Shown: in pieces, positions 45,001-47,169 of the stretch
Layout: every line of letters begins with the position of its first letter
Position numbering within the stretch: the stretch's first letter is position 1
Origin: a virus
Direction: 5' to 3' (one strand)
Virus record (IMG/VR): IMGVR_UViG_3300045988_038165
Span: 1 to 47,169 of that record
Length of the DNA stretch: 47,169 nucleotides
The notes under the pieces: generated by a model
The model's input: only the letters and a program-made list of their open reading frames with translations
Told to the model about the DNA's origin: nothing
The model's database searches: none
Made by a program: the position numbers and the translations under genes

Positions 45001-47169
45001 TGCAAGTGAGAAGAACGTAGGACTTAGAAACTTGTGCTCTTTTAAGCGTATCACTGATGCTGGTTTTACGTATTTAGAAAATTATGAAGATGATGGGAGT
45101 TTTTATGTTGCTCCCGGAAAACTCAACGAAGAAACGAATTTAGCGAATAAGGATATGTTTGGATTAACCTATGATCCTCAAAAGCAATATTACATATTTA
45201 TAGATTCAGCTATTAGATCAGATACTAATTTGGATAAATCGAGTACGTTTTTTATAATTAAATATACCGATGGAACTGAGCAAAGTGTATGTATTGTATA
45301 TCCTAATAAAATAGATTACAATTATATTATAACGCAAAAGCCTATTTCTAAAATAGTCGGCTCTTATGGTAATGGATATGGTTCAACTCTGAGGATCGGT
45401 GTTTATGAAACAAGCTTTCCTGTTTCATGGAGTCCCGCACCCGAAGATCAGTTATATCAATCTGTTAAGTACACAGACACTCAAATTTTGGCAGTTGATG
45501 GTAAAATAGAACTTTCCGTCACCACTAAAGTTAATCAAATAGGCGTCGGGGGTGATAATTTAGTGAGATATTATTCTGACACACTTCTTTCTTATTACGT
45601 GTATAGTTCAACTCCAATCGTAAAAGACGGATACGCATTTGAAACCACTTGGAGTAGTTCTAATACAGCAGGTGTTTTATCTGTGACAAATCAAAGGATA
45701 GGACAAGGTGAAATACCTAATTTTTGTTATAGATTTAGAATGCTAATAAATGGAGTTCCAGCGACTGAAGATAGAATTGCAGATAAAAGACTAACCACAT
45801 ACGCAGCGAGTGGGGAAATGTATTATGATGGAGACGGGAATTTCTATGGATTCGTAAAAGGGAATACAGGCGGTTGGTTTATTCATGTACCAACAACAGG
45901 TATGAAAGGCGGTGATGTTATTAGAATAGAGAATTTCATTGTAGCAAAAGGTACTGTATGTCCCGGTTTTTCCCCTTCTTCTGCTGATATTAGCTTTCTT
46001 AACGAAAGGTTCACGCAATCAAAGATTAATATTGTTGAAGGTAAGATAACCACAACCGTTGAACAGATAAATACCGTTGATGGACGTGTTACCGGACTTG
46101 CCTCACGTGTTACCCAGACTGAAAGTAGTATTAATTCTGTTGTTGGAGACATTAACACATTGAATAATACTACCGAAAGGAAGGTAACAAAACGAATAGA
46201 CTTAACAGGGTGGGATAACAATAAATTCTATCCGTTAGCTATCGGACTGAAACAGAATCGTAAGAACAAAATAATGATATATCGTCCTTTAGATGGAGCT
46301 TACGGTACACCTTCATACGGTACGCATACGAATGGTTTTTCTATGGGACTAACATTTGAGATGTCTGGTTCTGGCTGGGGGAGTTCGCCCGTTATTATTA
46401 ATATATTTGATTATTATAAATCATGGACTGCCGCGGGTGCAAAAATCGTGGTAGATTTAAGTCAGCTTACTAACTCTTCTGAATGTGTTATGGGTATTCG
46501 AGGTGGGTCTAAGTATGATGTAACGATATATGATATGACAGACCCGAACGACATCAATGTGTTTAACGCTGACTATACCTCTCAATACGGTCAAGTGTAT
46601 CCAGTTCGCACAGATGGTACAGAGCCAGTTCGCACATACGGCTATTACACGGAGATTAAACAAGAACGTGATAGAATAACCGCAACTGCTGCAAAGGTAG
46701 ACGATCAGGGCAACAGATTGAGTGCGGCTGAGATTAAACTTGATTCCACAAGCGTTAAACTTGGTGTTGTTGAAGGTACTGCAAACAGTGCAAATACTGC
46801 CGCAGGCAATGCACAAAGTACCGCTAATGCAGCTAACAGTTTGGCAAGCACAGCCAAGAGCAAAGCGGAAGCCGCAGACGGACGCGTCACAGCCACGCAA
46901 AACGGACTTGTCGAAACCGGGATAAACATTACTTCCCACAAAATAGTTTTGAAGTCTGATAACGTCCTCTTTCAGAACAACGCAGGACAGCAAACGGCAG
47001 CTTTGAACGCAGATGGTCGGTTGACTGCCAACGTGATTGAGGCTGGTGAGGTTGTTGCTAATGGCTTTGCTGCACAGCGAATCACAACCGGAAACCTTAC
47101 GGTAACTGATGGTGCAAAGATCGGTGCCTGGAATATATCGGGAGGCTCTCTTGTTTCGGCAAGCAATTC
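42050..47169 (+). CDS. Tail fibre / host-specificity protein, N-terminal 5.1 kb (open to the window end; continues at 1..636; 1,888 codons in total)
   Basis: I translated the frame starting at ATG 42050 by eye and found no stop before the window end. The track omits it because it has no stop within the linear window. Only short antisense or off-frame ORFs are listed here. Confidence 0.85.
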   Translation, partial: MNTFNNFSPLAFREKSMKATYKKWYAYGKEFALPFSTTELPPFQFTVANLPSFDPTTVEVSLVDEATGTRVATGVKIKVDTMDEHNSVLYVSPGSNVYAKSIEPGVYRAEFTIPEGKTYVSTPICVTEGIETNTNFVKLEYWNDEKLAYPNGFITTGTDNDFKFQMYIPTTFFKPKYEFEEEITKRAGYKFLELQTCNKVFGFNFLAPEYICDALRLVRLSDYIRFAHDGEYYNALNFEYAPDWQDNGYLAAIECQFETDTIIQKLPSFNRRDIESFYNALLADIDTPILFSPDVVGLYYREYRQGEPTIKGKLIRELSPIDLIDENTTIAVDMGAGEARKFNLYRMLEGYISKNHEDVTEFLLSLRGGANIGTPNTSGEYPASVDRDGNTKLKDIQGNDATLNKVTGKDATFKTVETGFLTVNKTSAIIDGMGNANVTDLTARGDSMLRSDVYTGSKDGNHTGKITKEGQLQYLSAIIYEFLSSETFVPGFLGEGFKIWLENGNWHIECDNLTVRQTMNVFELLIQKIRSVNGAIVVSQSNGKVTAVEDTGTQYKITFGEEFPTFQEGDLIRCQSWSKNNLKFYWVEVKTAADGYILCDKSEFNNVVPAVGDEVVQMGNTKNAERQALIYITAQESGKPYIEILNGVKTKSLAGTDRTRLGDLSNIVDPDFTGEAAVKGTGFYSTNAFLKGIFVLRNGKRVEDEIKIAKDAADQAAQDAANAAQSAQEAKDRLNKWADDGFISPTEKPALIDEGKRIRAEHLSILADASKYGVSATVYTQAYNDYLGQLQYHSAPTPENIVVLEGLAASQTTYYNQRNLILSAIADAAKAYVDEADKKLKEYLDTEITAIPGKIELAVRSLKVSDVNLLKGAYKELKNANYGFGAYSYDVPLVNGKEYMLTVCYTLSANNTHIEAYANRGANRLANFTTKGDKVIESKKVTMAGYTPSYGLWFYQFPGGTYGSKVHWAVLTDGNLGVTSWIPSASEKNVGLRNLCSFKRITDAGFTYLENYEDDGSFYVAPGKLNEETNLANKDMFGLTYDPQKQYYIFIDSAIRSDTNLDKSSTFFIIKYTDGTEQSVCIVYPNKIDYNYIITQKPISKIVGSYGNGYGSTLRIGVYETSFPVSWSPAPEDQLYQSVKYTDTQILAVDGKIELSVTTKVNQIGVGGDNLVRYYSDTLLSYYVYSSTPIVKDGYAFETTWSSSNTAGVLSVTNQRIGQGEIPNFCYRFRMLINGVPATEDRIADKRLTTYAASGEMYYDGDGNFYGFVKGNTGGWFIHVPTTGMKGGDVIRIENFIVAKGTVCPGFSPSSADISFLNERFTQSKINIVEGKITTTVEQINTVDGRVTGLASRVTQTESSINSVVGDINTLNNTTERKVTKRIDLTGWDNNKFYPLAIGLKQNRKNKIMIYRPLDGAYGTPSYGTHTNGFSMGLTFEMSGSGWGSSPVIINIFDYYKSWTAAGAKIVVDLSQLTNSSECVMGIRGGSKYDVTIYDMTDPNDINVFNADYTSQYGQVYPVRTDGTEPVRTYGYYTEIKQERDRITATAAKVDDQGNRLSAAEIKLDSTSVKLGVVEGTANSANTAAGNAQSTANAANSLASTAKSKAEAADGRVTATQNGLVETGINITSHKIVLKSDNVLFQNNAGQQTAALNADGRLTANVIEAGEVVANGFAAQRITTGNLTVTDGAKIGAWNISGGSLVSASN
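47081..47169. repeat. Terminal overlap: exact copy of 1..89
   Basis: 89/89 identical to the window start. Confidence 0.95.

Noticed and set aside
46457-46993. 178-aa minus-strand ORF, together with all other minus-strand ORFs in the track (e.g. 38061..38552, 10603..10935, 22479..22883, 7844..8203).
   Set aside because: Each lies entirely antisense to a longer + strand ORF that has recognisable motifs or operon context. Their translations are Cys/Ser/Leu-rich and low-complexity, and none has a TAnnTTTG box or terminator in the right orientation. I treat them as shadow ORFs.

Overview
The window is one complete, circularly closed genome of a tailed dsDNA phage. Bases 1..89 repeat 47081..47169 exactly, so the unit length is 47,080 bp. 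All of the roughly 70 credible genes are on the + strand, and every minus-strand ORF in the track looks like an antisense shadow. Nearly every intergenic gap has a TAnnTTTG box (the Bacteroidota primary-sigma -7 element) 23-66 nt upstream of the next ATG. This points to a Bacteroides/Bacteroidales host. Size, one-strand layout and gene content recall the B40-8/B124-14 group of Bacteroides siphoviruses, but I cannot verify that without a search. Gene order from base 1: (a) the C-terminal end of a 1,888-codon tail-fibre gene that wraps around the junction and is absent from the ORF track; (b) a lysis cassette of holin-like protein, M15 peptidase endolysin and a membrane-anchored protein; (c) a 465-bp structured non-coding junction; (d) a long early region; (e) the late region. 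The early region holds four Rha-N/KilAC antirepressor-like paralogues plus a remnant, two Dam-family methyltransferase copies (one with an in-frame TAA), thyA, Erf, a PD-(D/E)XK exonuclease, a RuvC-like resolvase, an HNH endonuclease, SSB, a hexapeptide-repeat protein, and MazG-like, DUF3310-like and MmcB-like proteins. The late region runs TerS, TerL, portal, scaffold, major capsid and neck candidates, then a 3.3-kb promoter-bearing accessory island. After the island come the chaperone-position genes, a 1,042-aa tape measure, a 724-aa distal tail protein and the fibre. I recognised no integrase, repressor, reverse transcriptase, CRISPR array, tRNA, polymerase or helicase. The best candidates for something undescribed are: the accessory island with its tandem Cys4 mini-protein triplet (third copy frameshifted in an A8 tract); the repeated terminator-promoter-leader cassette; the gene cassettes bounded by duplicated gene ends and a covarying hairpin family; and the 14 x 18-nt repeat protein. 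All product calls come from motifs recognised by eye, not from database searches.
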